A DNA stretch of 63,699 nt, counting the filler, from Nitrospirae bacterium CG2_30_53_67 (GTDB lineage Bacteria; CG2-30-53-67), in the NCBI GenBank assembly GCA_001873285.1. It is 6 parts of 6 records of this genome, joined end to end, with 100 filler letters (N's around TTAATTAATTAA, not from the genome) between each part and the next. Parts side by side here need not be neighbours in the genome. Positions count along the whole stretch, not along the records: positions 1 to 8,757 come from MNYV01000159.1; positions 8,858 to 31,702 come from MNYV01000101.1; 4 more parts are not named here. One strand, 5' to 3'. The notes beneath the pieces are model-generated. The model did not search any database. It was not told the DNA's origin and was given only the letters and a program-made list of their open reading frames with translations. The position numbers were made by a program, and so were the translations under genes. This document shows, in pieces, positions 1-9,680 of this stretch (its first letter is position 1; each line of letters begins with the position of its first letter).

Positions 1-1
1 C

Positions 2-79
2 ATGGATCAGATCTTCCAGCTCAAGGATGAGATCCGTAGGCTTAAACAAGTCCAGCAGGAGATCCGGGAGCAGAAATAA
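2..79 (+). CDS. 3' end of a gene cut by the window start
   Basis: Open frame MDQIFQLKDEIRRLKQVQQEIREQK ending in TAA at 77-79. Confidence 0.5.
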   Translation: MDQIFQLKDEIRRLKQVQQEIREQK

Positions 80-81
80 AT

Positions 82-330
82 ATCCTCCGGCAAAGCCGGA
101 GGTATTACGATTGCCGGCCCCTCAAAGGGGCCTGATCGCAATCGGTTAAAAAACACCCTCCCCTCAATCCCCTCCCATCAAGGGAGGGGAAGCCCGCCGG
201 CAGTTCCCTCGCCCCTTGTGGGAGAGGGCAAGGGTGAGGGGTAAAGCATTTCGATTAACTGCATACTCCCGGAATGGCCAAACTCTAAGAGTCCCCCGGC
301 AGAGCCGGGGGTTTACCTAAGTGCTAATTA
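82..330. mobile_element. Non-autonomous IS200/IS605-type derivative (two subterminal hairpins, no transposase) with an internal CCCCT/AGGGG palindromic repeat pair
   Basis: Hairpins CCTCCGGC-AAA-GCCGGAGG (84-102) and CCCCCGGC-AGA-GCCGGGGG (293-311) resemble IS200 tnpA ends; internal repeats at about 156-242. Confidence 0.5.
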
Positions 331-372
331 CCCCATTCCCGACGACAGAGTGAAGAGAAGTAAGCAGCGCAT

Positions 373-1311
373 TCACGAATCCGGGGGGTGACCGGATTCG
401 TCCTCCCACATGTCTTCAAGCTCCCACTTCATGACCGTTTGTCTGGCCTGGCGCCTCTTGCGCATATAGACAACAAGGAACGAAACTGAGACCAGGAACC
501 AGAGCGCAGCGGATGACGTGATGACCGGGATCCACGTATACCGAAGCCTGAGGTACCTGTGCCATCTCTGCTCCATCATGTAGAAACTGAGACCGAAGGC
601 ATCCTGCATGCACTGACTCAAGGTCTCCCCCTTTTTCAGGTTCAGGATCAATTGATGAAAGGCCTCCCGGCCTCGGCTGGACAGAAGATAGGAAACCATG
701 GAAAAACTTTCGGCGTAGGCGGCCTCGGCCTCGTTGAATGCGATGGGGAATTCCTGGTTCAGAGAGGCGAGAGGGATGAAATTTTTTTTCAGTGTCACGG
801 CTGTGATCACGGCCGTGGTCCTGAGCGTCCACTCCCTGGCCTCATACATGGCAAAACCCTCGTCCAGCCACCTCGGGATGCGGGCGCCGGCCAGGGCCTG
901 ATGCAGGACCAGGTGCGAGAGTTCATGACGGAGGGTCTTGACCGGGTCGATGGTCCCGTACAGGGCCGCATGGGGCGCCTTGAGAATCATGAGGTTCAAC
1001 TCCGGGTAGGCCAGGCCCGCGGCCCATTCCGGGGCCTTGACCGGATGAGGCTGCCGGCTGAGGAAGGCCTCATGCGTATGTTCTATATAGATCTCTACTC
1101 CGGGACGGGGTTCAACACCGGCATCAGATACGATGTCGGCATAGATCTTTTCTGAAAGGCCTGCAAGATACCCGGCCAGTTTTTGATCCGGTGGAGAAAA
1201 ATAAAAAACAAAGTGTTCCGTGGAGAGGGATTGAGATTCCTCAGCATGGACCGGAGCAAAGAACGCGAAGACAAAGAACCAGGCAAGGAGGAGGACGACG
1301 CGATTGATCAC
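373..1311 (-). CDS. Peptidase MA-like zinc metallohydrolase with signal peptide and C-terminal TM helix
   Basis: HELSH (HExxH) followed by PRWLDEGFA. Confidence 0.8.
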   Translation of the reverse strand: MINRVVLLLAWFFVFAFFAPVHAEESQSLSTEHFVFYFSPPDQKLAGYLAGLSEKIYADIVSDAGVEPRPGVEIYIEHTHEAFLSRQPHPVKAPEWAAGLAYPELNLMILKAPHAALYGTIDPVKTLRHELSHLVLHQALAGARIPRWLDEGFAMYEAREWTLRTTAVITAVTLKKNFIPLASLNQEFPIAFNEAEAAYAESFSMVSYLLSSRGREAFHQLILNLKKGETLSQCMQDAFGLSFYMMEQRWHRYLRLRYTWIPVITSSAALWFLVSVSFLVVYMRKRRQARQTVMKWELEDMWEDESGHPPDS

Positions 1312-1391
1312 GAGAGCTCTTTTCTTTACCCGCCACTTTTTACAAAGGGGGGCGAGGGGGAATTGCTGTTCTGCCGGACAATATCCATGAC

Positions 1392-2819
1392 CTACAGCCT
1401 TTCTTTGAGGAGCTGGTTCACCAGGGCGGGACTGGCCTTTCCCCTGGAAGCCTTCATGACCTGTCCCACCAGGAATCCGAAGACCTTCTCCTGGCCGCTT
1501 CGATACGATTCGACCTGAGGGGCGTAATCCGTGAGGACCTGGTCGATGATTCTGATGATCTCTGTCTCGTCGGTGACCTGGATCAGGTTCTTCTTTTTGA
1601 CAATCTGTTCAGGTCTCTTTCCGGTCCGGTACATCTCCTCGAAGACCGTTTTTGCGATCTTGCCGCTGATGGTCTTTTGTTCGATCATCCGGATCATCCC
1701 CGCCAGCATCTCGGGTGTCACCGGGCATGCCCTGATTCCTCGCTCATCCCCCTTCATTTCACGGAGGAGCTCTCCCATGATCCAGTTTGAAACCGTCTTC
1801 GGGGATTGTGCCAATTGGTTGCAGGCTTCGAAATAGTCTGCAAGTTCCCTGGATCCGGTCAGGATCTCCGCATCGTACACGGGGAGGTCATATTCCTTGA
1901 TAAAGCGGTTCATCTTTGCATCCGGAAGTTCCGGAAGGGCGCATCGTATCTCCTCGATCCAGGCCTTATCCACATGCAGAGGGACCAGGTCAGGTTCGGG
2001 GAAATAGCGGTAGTCGTGGGCCTCTTCCTTGCCCCGCATGGAAATGGAGATGCCTCGGTCCGCATCCCAGAGGCGGGTCTCCTGCACAATGGCGCCCCCC
2101 TGGTCCAGGATCCGGGCCTGCCTCTTGATCTCGTATTCGAGGGCCTTCTGCACATGCTTGAAGGAGTTCATGTTTTTGGTCTCGGTCCGGATGCCGTATG
2201 CCTTTTGACCCGCAGGTCGGAGCGAGATGTTGGCGTCGCACCGGAGAGAGCCCTCCTCCATGTTCCCGTCGCAGACATCAATATAGCGGAGGATGCTTCG
2301 GAGCTTCCGCATGTAGGCCGCCGCTTCCTCGGGGCTTCGGATATCAGGCTCGCTCACGATCTCCATGAGCGGCACACCGGTCCGGTTCAGGTCCACGTAA
2401 CTGCATGGGTTGCCGTGCTCGCCATGGATATTTTTTCCGGCGTCCTCTTCCATGTGGATCCTCGTAATCCCGATCCGTCTTTCTGTCCCGTGGAGATCGA
2501 TGGTGAGAAAGCCGTGCTCGCAGAGCGGAAGTTCGTATTGTGAGATCTGGTATCCCTTGGGGAGGTCCGGATAGAAATAATTTTTTCTCGCAAAACGGGA
2601 GATCGGGTTGATCTTGCAGTTCAACGCCAGGCCGGTCCGCAGGGCGAAGTTCACGACCTCCCGGTTCAGGACCGGAAGCACACCGGGCATGCCGAGGCAG
2701 ACCGGGCAGGTATGGTGGTTCGGAGGCCCTCCGAATTCCGTGCTGCAATGGCAGAAGATCTTGGTCCGGGTCTTGAGCTGTGCGTGAACCTCCAGGCCGA
2801 TGACGGTTTCAAATTCCAT
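1392..2819 (-). CDS. gatB: Asp/Glu-tRNA amidotransferase subunit B
   Basis: [36 protein letters not shown]. Confidence 0.98.
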   Translation of the reverse strand: MEFETVIGLEVHAQLKTRTKIFCHCSTEFGGPPNHHTCPVCLGMPGVLPVLNREVVNFALRTGLALNCKINPISRFARKNYFYPDLPKGYQISQYELPLCEHGFLTIDLHGTERRIGITRIHMEEDAGKNIHGEHGNPCSYVDLNRTGVPLMEIVSEPDIRSPEEAAAYMRKLRSILRYIDVCDGNMEEGSLRCDANISLRPAGQKAYGIRTETKNMNSFKHVQKALEYEIKRQARILDQGGAIVQETRLWDADRGISISMRGKEEAHDYRYFPEPDLVPLHVDKAWIEEIRCALPELPDAKMNRFIKEYDLPVYDAEILTGSRELADYFEACNQLAQSPKTVSNWIMGELLREMKGDERGIRACPVTPEMLAGMIRMIEQKTISGKIAKTVFEEMYRTGKRPEQIVKKKNLIQVTDETEIIRIIDQVLTDYAPQVESYRSGQEKVFGFLVGQVMKASRGKASPALVNQLLKERL

Positions 2820-2878
2820 GCTTTCTTCTCTTATAACACTTGTGTTGAGGTGTTGAAATTCTAAATCCTACCGATGTA

Positions 2879-3877
2879 TTAATAGTCATTCATTGCATTC
2901 CAGTATTTTTCAATTTGCCAGAAACCTGCTTCGTCGTCAAGGATACTTCGCAACTTGTTCACCACATCGAAATACTCCTCCTCCGTGAGGTTCGTCCACT
3001 TCACTTGGGCGAGGTTTCCTAGTATTGGGTTTTCCTTAGCGATTTCTTGCAATAGAATGTGATCAATAGGCGGATGGGCTACTCGCGCCAGAGGAGAAGT
3101 TGGATCTTCACCAATTATCACCGTCACCTTCAAGTAGATAGCCACCAATTTCGCTGCGCGGCCATAAGTAATATCTGAAACGCCCGCATCCAAAAGATTT
3201 TTGATTATCTTGCGGCACAAACTTTTGTGCCAAACATCAAATTCCTCGGGCACTACATTTGCACTCATCAAGCTATAGATTGCGTCTCTGATATTGCTAT
3301 CTTCCAAAGCTATTCCTAATATACTGTTCTTTGCGCCACGAAAGCCTCTTTGGATAGCACGAGCAGCTGCCCAAATCGCAAAGTTATGTTTGTGAGTCTC
3401 TAGTGTGTATGGTATTTGATCTGCCCCACCCACTGAATCAAGTAATTCTTGAAATGGCATGTCACCGCTTGCTCGTCCATGTTCGAGGGCATCTCGCACC
3501 GTTTCCACATCTGTAGCATTAACAATGATGCGCCATTTAATTCCCCTTTTTTCCCTATTCCATTCCAAAAGATTAATCTCCTCAAGTACAACGCCCAAGT
3601 AACTCGATCCCTGAGCGTGAGTGCTATCACCTGGTTTAAGATCATAAATTGCAGTTCCAAATCCGCGGATTTCTATGCCTTTGTACATTTTCTCAACATT
3701 GTTAGCAAGCGGAATCCAGCCTTTTCCAAATTCCTTGAATAGATTAGTCAACACTGTCGCGATTTCTTCAGAGGAATACTCGTGCTCAATTCCGTCTTCG
3801 TTTGCAATACGCAGTAGTCCGCGTTGGTAAGACCATTCAAAACTCTTGGCTTTTCCACCATGCGTTCGAGATGTCAT
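2879..3877 (-). CDS. Hypothetical protein, AT-rich, probably horizontally acquired
   Basis: 332-aa ORF, visibly more AT-rich than the flanking gat genes; no family recognised. Confidence 0.75.
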   Translation of the reverse strand: MTSRTHGGKAKSFEWSYQRGLLRIANEDGIEHEYSSEEIATVLTNLFKEFGKGWIPLANNVEKMYKGIEIRGFGTAIYDLKPGDSTHAQGSSYLGVVLEEINLLEWNREKRGIKWRIIVNATDVETVRDALEHGRASGDMPFQELLDSVGGADQIPYTLETHKHNFAIWAAARAIQRGFRGAKNSILGIALEDSNIRDAIYSLMSANVVPEEFDVWHKSLCRKIIKNLLDAGVSDITYGRAAKLVAIYLKVTVIIGEDPTSPLARVAHPPIDHILLQEIAKENPILGNLAQVKWTNLTEEEYFDVVNKLRSILDDEAGFWQIEKYWNAMNDY

Positions 3878-4030
3878 TGTCGGCCCTTTTTTTAGATAAG
3901 ATATCTACACAGTGATACTGCACACTGGTTGTAGCATCATGATTTTCGACAGTCAAATCATATAAATCGGCTTTCTGCGACTTACATGGAACCTGTAAAA
4001 CAAAACCGCCCGCGCGATCGACAATCACAC

Positions 4031-4161
4031 GATATCTAAATCCTAAACAAGTTCAAAATTCTAAATTCCAATGACCCAAACGTTCGGTCATGTTCTGTCT
4101 TGAGTTTTAGATTTCGGTCCTTTGATATTGTTTAGTATTTCGAATTTCGGATTTAGAATTT
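4031..4161. repeat. Inverted heptamer-repeat element (AAATTCT/AAATCCT ... GGATTTAGAATTT)
   Basis: Heptamer arrays on both arms; 13-bp perfect inverted repeat with 2856-2868; a similar arm at about 30295-30335. Confidence 0.6.
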
Positions 4162-4219
4162 GTGAATCCTTTCTCTTATCATTTATCATTGTCTTCTCAC
4201 ATCCAATCGTACCAGACGA

Positions 4220-5668
4220 TTATAATTCGGGTTGCCTCTTGTGCCAGTCGGTCTGCTGCTCGTAGGCGTAGGCGGTCCTGAGAACCGCTTCCTCATCAAA
4301 GTGACGCCCCAGGACCTGAAGCCCGATGGGAAGTCCCGAGGAATCCAATCCGCAGGGGATGGAGATCCCCGGAATGCCGGCCAGGTTCACAGAGATGGTA
4401 AAGATGTCCGAGAGGTACATCTGGAGCGGGTCGTTGATCTTCTCTCCGATCCTGAAGGCCGTGGTCGGGGAGGTCGGTGTGATCAGGACGTCGCAGGTTT
4501 GAAACGCCTGATCGAAATCATTCTTGATCAGGGTCCTCACCTGCTGGGCCTTGCGGTAATAGGCGTCGTAGTACCCCGAGGAGAGGACGTAGGTCCCGAG
4601 CATGATCCGTCTCTTGACCTCCGGGCCGAAACCCTGGGCCCGTGTCTTCATGTACATCTCCATGAGATCCGCTGAATCGTCGGTCCGGTAGCCGTACTTG
4701 ACCCCGTCGTAGCGCGCCAGGTTTGAAGAGGCCTCGGCCGTGGCCAGGATATAATAGGTCGCAATGGCATAGCCGGCATGGGGGAGCGAGACCTCCTTGA
4801 TGACCGCCCCCCTCCCTTCAAGCAGCGCAAGGGCGGCTCGGACGGCATCCTCCACCTCCGGCTGAATGCCCTCTACAAAATACTCTGCGGGCACGCCGAT
4901 GGTCAGGCCTCGAATCTCCCCGGTGAGGGCTGATGTGAAGTCGGGCGCCGGGACCTTGACCGATGTGGAATCCCGGGGGTCATGCCCTGAGATCGCGTTC
5001 AGGAGCAGGGCGCAGTCCGTCACGTCCTTGGTGATGGGGCCGATCTGGTCCAGGGAGGAGGCAAAGGCCACCAGGCCGTACCGGGAGACGCGGCCGTAGG
5101 TAGGTTTCATCCCCACCACGCCGCAGTGGGCCGCGGGCTGTCGGATGGATCCCCCCGTATCGGAGCCCAGGGCTGCGATGCACTCGTCTGCGGCCACGGC
5201 CGCGGCCGAGCCCCCGCTTGAACCTCCGGGGATCCGCTTTAGGTCCCATGGATTTCTCGTCACGCCCATGTACGATGTCTCCGTGGAGGAACCCATGGCG
5301 AACTCGTCCATGTTGGTCTTTCCGATCAGGACTGCTCCTGCCCGATACAGCCGTTCCACCACCGTGGCATCGTAGGGAGGGATGAAATTCAAAAGTATCC
5401 TCGATGAGCAGGCGGACCTGATCCCCCGTGTGGTCATGTTGTCCTTGACTGCAACGGGGATGCCGGAAAGGGGACCCGCCTCTTGCCGGCGATCCGAAGA
5501 AGGACTTTTGGTTTCGGGAGGTCTCTCCGGTATCGTCACATAGGCATGGACCCGCTCCTCGACTTCACGGATCCTCTGTTTTAAGGAGTCCATGAGATCA
5601 CCGGAGGTGATTCGGCCTCTTCTCATTTCATCGGAGGCTTCATGAATGGTCAGTTCATAGAGGTTCAT
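4220..5668 (-). CDS. gatA: Asp/Glu-tRNA amidotransferase subunit A
   Basis: Amidase signature [26 protein letters not shown]. Confidence 0.98.
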   Translation of the reverse strand: MNLYELTIHEASDEMRRGRITSGDLMDSLKQRIREVEERVHAYVTIPERPPETKSPSSDRRQEAGPLSGIPVAVKDNMTTRGIRSACSSRILLNFIPPYDATVVERLYRAGAVLIGKTNMDEFAMGSSTETSYMGVTRNPWDLKRIPGGSSGGSAAAVAADECIAALGSDTGGSIRQPAAHCGVVGMKPTYGRVSRYGLVAFASSLDQIGPITKDVTDCALLLNAISGHDPRDSTSVKVPAPDFTSALTGEIRGLTIGVPAEYFVEGIQPEVEDAVRAALALLEGRGAVIKEVSLPHAGYAIATYYILATAEASSNLARYDGVKYGYRTDDSADLMEMYMKTRAQGFGPEVKRRIMLGTYVLSSGYYDAYYRKAQQVRTLIKNDFDQAFQTCDVLITPTSPTTAFRIGEKINDPLQMYLSDIFTISVNLAGIPGISIPCGLDSSGLPIGLQVLGRHFDEEAVLRTAYAYEQQTDWHKRQPEL

Positions 5669-5677
5669 GGCATGGCA

Positions 5678-6031
5678 TCACTTACGGATGATCCGGTTTT
5701 TCCGGTCCACGTAGACGATCCTGGGTGAATGGGCTGAAATTTCTTCCGGCGCCAGATAGACATACTGGAAGATGATGATGAGATCTCCCTTGGCCGCCTT
5801 GTGCGCCGCGGCCCCGTTGATGCAGATGGCGCCGCTGTCCACGGGCCCGGGGATCACATAGGTCTCAAACCGCTCCCCGTTCCTGAGATTCGCGATTTTC
5901 AACTGCTCAAAGGGGAGAATCCCGGCCTCCTGCATCAGGGCCTCATCAATGGTGATGCTCCCCTCATAGTCCATGTTGGTCGCAGTCACCGTTGCACGAT
6001 GGATCTTGGACTTGAGGATCTTACGCAGCAT
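5678..6031 (-). CDS. panD: Aspartate 1-decarboxylase
   Basis: KSKIHRATVT, YEG|SITID self-cleavage site, NGAAAH. Confidence 0.95.
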   Translation of the reverse strand: MLRKILKSKIHRATVTATNMDYEGSITIDEALMQEAGILPFEQLKIANLRNGERFETYVIPGPVDSGAICINGAAAHKAAKGDLIIIFQYVYLAPEEISAHSPRIVYVDRKNRIIRK

Positions 6032-6051
6032 GGTACGGACTCACTCCTTGT

Positions 6052-6336
6052 TCAGATAATCCGGGGGACCTTGAAGAAATCATCCTCTTTGTCCGGGGCA
6101 TTGGCCAGGGCATCCTCCACAGGGATCGAATCCCCGACCTGATCCTCCCGAACCACGTTCCCCGTCTCAATCACATGAGACGTCGGCTCCACGTCTTTCG
6201 TATCCAGTTCATTGAGCTTGTCCATATACATCAGGATCGCATCAAGCTGGCCGGTGAACTGCTCGATCTCTGTTTCGGAAAGATTCAGCCGGGCCAGCAG
6301 GGCCACATGCTCGACTTCTTGTCTTGTAATCTTCAT
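6052..6336 (-). CDS. gatC: Asp/Glu-tRNA amidotransferase subunit C
   Basis: EVEHVALLARL ... FFKVPRII; ATG at 6336. Confidence 0.95.
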   Translation of the reverse strand: MKITRQEVEHVALLARLNLSETEIEQFTGQLDAILMYMDKLNELDTKDVEPTSHVIETGNVVREDQVGDSIPVEDALANAPDKEDDFFKVPRII

Positions 6337-6454
6337 AAAAGCACCCAATTTTAAAAAAATAATATAGCATAATGCCTATAGCAGGAACAACAGCAAAATG
6401 AAGCCCCATCCCATTGCGTTCGCATTTCTCCTTTTCCCTCTGAATTTTGCCTTC

Positions 6455-6487
6455 TGTCCCAAACTTCCCCATGTCCCAAACTTCCCC
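6455..6487. repeat. Tandem duplication TGTCCCAAACTTCCCC x2, possibly a remnant RAYT-element end
   Basis: Exact 16-bp units at 6455-6470 and 6472-6487. Confidence 0.45.
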
Positions 6488-6847
6488 TTGCATCTCCCCT
6501 GAATTTATAATATCTTTCCACTTGTAAAGCCTCTCTGGTAGAAGCTTAAACGTATCGTATCGCAGCCGCCATGAACGGGAGACCAGCCCATGCCTTTTGA
6601 TTCTTGCAAGGAAAATATCCGGTGAAACAGGTCATTATCAAAAACCCTGTCATCTGGTGAATTAGGTAACAACGTAACGAGGACTTACTTGCCTTCATTG
6701 TGATAATCAAAGTATGAAAGGAAGTCAAAGGCCTATTAAGGTTCTCATAATTATGAAAACATCAAATAAGAATTTCGCCTGCCCCCTTTTTTCAAGCGGG
6801 GAAACGCAAGGTAGACAATCTTTTTGATCTTTCTCCTAACCATTCTC

Positions 6848-6945
6848 CTCCCCTTTGTAAGGGGAGGTCAGGTGGGGTAGGAAAAATGCAGATCTACCTC
6901 TTCTTCCCCCTCCTTACAAAGGAGGGGAACCGAGGGGGGGATTTT
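6848..6945. repeat. CCCC(T)TT...AAGGGG palindromic REP-like repeat pair
   Basis: Same motif class seen at 1328-1362, 7199-7245, 7613-7657 and 49544-49633. Confidence 0.6.
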
Positions 6946-6958
6946 GTATAAGACATAA

Positions 6959-8590
6959 GGGGACATCAAGAAGGGCTTCGTGTACAAGCGCGTGCCGCAC
7001 GTAACGCTCAAGTCCATTGCGAACAACCCGGACATCAAAGAGGGGATGAGCCGCGAGGAAATCGACGCTGCTATTGCTCGGCATGCGGATACTGAGACGC
7101 TTTATGATCAACCGTACGAAGACAACAAGCGCATCCGCGTGACAGGGCCTTTCACTGTTGTGAGTCTTTCGCCTCACAGAACGCTGGCGCCGGAAGGCAA
7201 ATCCCCCCAACCCCTCTTTGGCAAAGGGGGGCAGAGGAGGGATTCGAGCATAGGTGTACATGGAGATTTTATTCACATGATCCTCGACAATCTTAAAAAA
7301 GCGGGCGTTCAGAACACGGTCAAGAATGAGCGATTGAATTTCGACAGGCTGGAACCCTATGCGGGTGAGTGGCTGCACTTTGCCGGGGAATATACGGAGT
7401 ATCCCCCTCACCCCGGCCCTCTCCCACGGAGGGGAGAGGGAATTACGAAGCGGGTTGCGGTCTGCCTGGGGCCGGAGCACGGGACTGTCGGGCCGGAGCT
7501 GATCAAGGAAGCGGCCAAGGAGGCGCTTCGGGGCGTAGGGTTCGATCTTCTCGTTGTCTGCGGCTTTGCCTTTGATGCTCATGCCGGAGAGACAGCCAGG
7601 CAGTTTACACCGACCCCCCTCAATCCCCCCTTACGAAGGGGGGAAGATAAGGGGGGTGGACAGATCATAGCCGAAGAAGAGAAGCACTATGGGAAATTGC
7701 CGATCCTGCTTGCGCGCATGAATCCTGACCTGACCATGGGAGAGGATCTTCTGAAGAAGACCGGCGCAGGAAACCTCTTCATGGTCTTCGGCGAACCGGA
7801 TATTGCAGTGAGCAGTGGGCTGTGGTTAGTGAGCAGCAATGGAAGAAAGGTGGTGCAGCTTGACTTCGCTCAAGAATTATCGGGACTTGCAGGTTTGGCA
7901 GAAATCAATCGAATGGGTGGAAGCGATTTACAACGCTTCAAAGAACTTTCCGCAGGACGAGCGGTTCGGTCTGACCAGTCAAGTCAGGCGAGCGGCAGTA
8001 TCGGTCGCAGCGAACATAGCCGAGGGCGCGGAAAGGACATCAACAGGGGAATTCCTTCAGTTTCTGGGGATAGCGAGGGGATCTCCGGCGGAAGTGGAAA
8101 CGCTGCTGATTTTGGCGGAGCGTCTCGGGCTTCTGCGGACGGAACAACGGGACACTCTGCTCGCACAGGCGTCGGAGATCGGGAAAATGCTCGTAGGGTT
8201 GCAGCGCTCACTGCGATCCAAGCACTGACGCCATCTGATTTTCCGCTGCACACTGCCCACTGCGCACAGGCCACTATCTTCGGCGTTGACGTGTACGACC
8301 CGACCACGGGCCAGATACGGAGTTCTTCAACGGATGACATCGCCTGCTGGTTCATAGACACGGACTACAACGGCGAGAGCTTCTTTGTCCGTCATGCCTA
8401 CTTCACCGGCGCTGATGAGCCCTACGAGAAGCTTAAACGGGCGCTTCGCTCCGAAGTGGACGAGGCCGCCTGGTCCATGCTTTACTCCACCATGAGTCAG
8501 CCCTTCGACCCACCCGCGACCGGCAAGATCGCCGTGAAGGTCATTAATCACTATGGGGATGAAGTGCTGAAGGTCTATGAGGTGAAGTGA
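6959..8590 (+). pseudogene. C-terminal part of a type III Mod-like site-specific DNA methyltransferase; 5'-truncated, with multiple in-frame insertions
   Basis: GDIKKGFVYKRVPHVTLKSIANN, RVTGPFTV.SLSPHR, GNLFMVFGEPDI, GVDVYDPTTG..DIACWFIDTDY, IAVKVINHYGDEVLKV; TAA at 6956-6958 and no DPPY or FxGxG motif. Confidence 0.7.
7839..8228 (+). CDS. Four-helix-bundle protein (23S rRNA-IVS / bAvd-like), nested in the +1 frame of the methyltransferase ORF
   Basis: YRDLQVWQKS, FPQDERFGLTSQVRRAAVSVAANIAEG, FLGIARGS.AEVET; possible TTG start at 7860 behind AAAGGTGG. Confidence 0.9.
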   Translation: MEERWCSLTSLKNYRDLQVWQKSIEWVEAIYNASKNFPQDERFGLTSQVRRAAVSVAANIAEGAERTSTGEFLQFLGIARGSPAEVETLLILAERLGLLRTEQRDTLLAQASEIGKMLVGLQRSLRSKH

Positions 8591-8757
8591 TGTCGGCAAA
8601 ACGCACTATAAACGATACTGAAGAGCTGGCTGCCCGTATTTTGGACTTTTTTGAAAAGAAGAATATTGACGTGGCCGTTCGGCGTGACCGTTATGGCGTA
8701 TCGATCATTGAGCGAACGGGTGGACACCCTGTCGCAAGATTCAAGATATGCGGAAAG
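8587..8757 (+). CDS. Hypothetical protein, truncated by assembly gap
   Basis: ORF overlapping the methylase stop and running into Ns. Confidence 0.5.
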
Positions 8758-8857
8758 NNNNNNNNNNNNNNNNNNNNNNNNNNNNNNNNNNNNNNNNNNN
8801 NTTAATTAATTAANNNNNNNNNNNNNNNNNNNNNNNNNNNNNNNNNNNNNNNNNNNN
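8758..8857. other. Assembly gap with artificial six-frame-stop linker
   Basis: N-run-TTAATTAATTAA-N-run; identical linkers at 31703-31802, 35946-36045, 55447-55546 and 59647-59746. Confidence 0.97.
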
Positions 8858-9001
8858 CAGCGCCATGACGATCAAAAGGATGTCGGGCGGGATGGGAAAG
8901 AACGAGGACTCCGCGAAGGCGAGTGCAAAGAGAGCGACCACGGCATTGTCGGTCTGGGCCCAGGAAACGGTCCAGTCTTTGAGTTCATGAATCCAGTTCA
9001 T
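8858..9001 (-). CDS. YqaA/DedA (VTT) family membrane protein, 3'-truncated by gap
   Basis: [17 protein letters not shown]; typical position after pcm. Confidence 0.85.
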
Positions 9002-9680
9002 GCGCCTCCTTCTTCACATTGGCCTGCTCCTTTTTCCATCCGAATCTGCCGATGAGTTTGACAAACTGACAGAGATCCAGCTCAGACCGCTCTATCCCTG
9101 ACGCCCTCTTCACCACCTTGACCAGCCGCTGGGTGCGCATGTCTCCTACGGGAATGACCATTCTGCCGCCGATACGGAGCTGCTTGACCAGATGCTCCGG
9201 TATGCCGGGAGCCCCTGCAGAGACCAGAATGGCATCAAAAGGCGACTGGTCCGGCCAGCCGTAGGTGCCGTCACCGATCCGGACGGCCACATTGGAAATC
9301 CCGAGGCTGTCGAGCCGGTTCCATGCCAGTTTGGCCAGGGCCGGGATCCGTTCCATGGTAAATACATTTTCAGCAAGACAGGAAAGCAAGGCGCTCTGAT
9401 ACCCTGAACCGCTTCCGATCTCAAGAACCCTTTCCTTCCCGGTCAAATGGAATGACTGGAGGATCAGACCGATGGTGGACGGCTGTGAAATGGTCTGTCC
9501 ATGTCCGATGGGAAGGGCCTTGTCTTCGTAGGCCCTAAGCTGAAGGGCCTCTTCCACAAACAGATGCCGGGGAATCTTTCGAAAGGCGCCCAGCACCTTA
9601 AGGTCGCTGATCCCCGACTCGGGGAGGATCACATCCGCAAGCCTCTTCCGGGCAATCTCAGGATGGGTATACTGAACCAT
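8985..9680 (-). CDS. pcm: Protein-L-isoaspartate O-methyltransferase
   Basis: [30 protein letters not shown]. Confidence 0.95.
   Translation of the reverse strand: MVQYTHPEIARKRLADVILPESGISDLKVLGAFRKIPRHLFVEEALQLRAYEDKALPIGHGQTISQPSTIGLILQSFHLTGKERVLEIGSGSGYQSALLSCLAENVFTMERIPALAKLAWNRLDSLGISNVAVRIGDGTYGWPDQSPFDAILVSAGAPGIPEHLVKQLRIGGRMVIPVGDMRTQRLVKVVKRASGIERSELDLCQFVKLIGRFGWKKEQANVKKEAHELDS

Noticed and set aside
7839..8228. Diversity-generating retroelement (the four-helix protein is Avd-like)
   Set aside because: No reverse transcriptase and no TR/VR pair with adenine-specific differences are visible in the window.
7805..8270. Intein or group I/II intron explanation for the methylase insert
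   Set aside because: No intein terminal motifs (C/S start, HN followed by C/S/T) and no recognisable intron core or intron-encoded RT/endonuclease.
8758..8857. Repeated TTAATTAATTAA motif within N-runs (5 times)
   Set aside because: Artificial contig linker with stops in all six frames; not biological, and gene adjacency across it was not interpreted.
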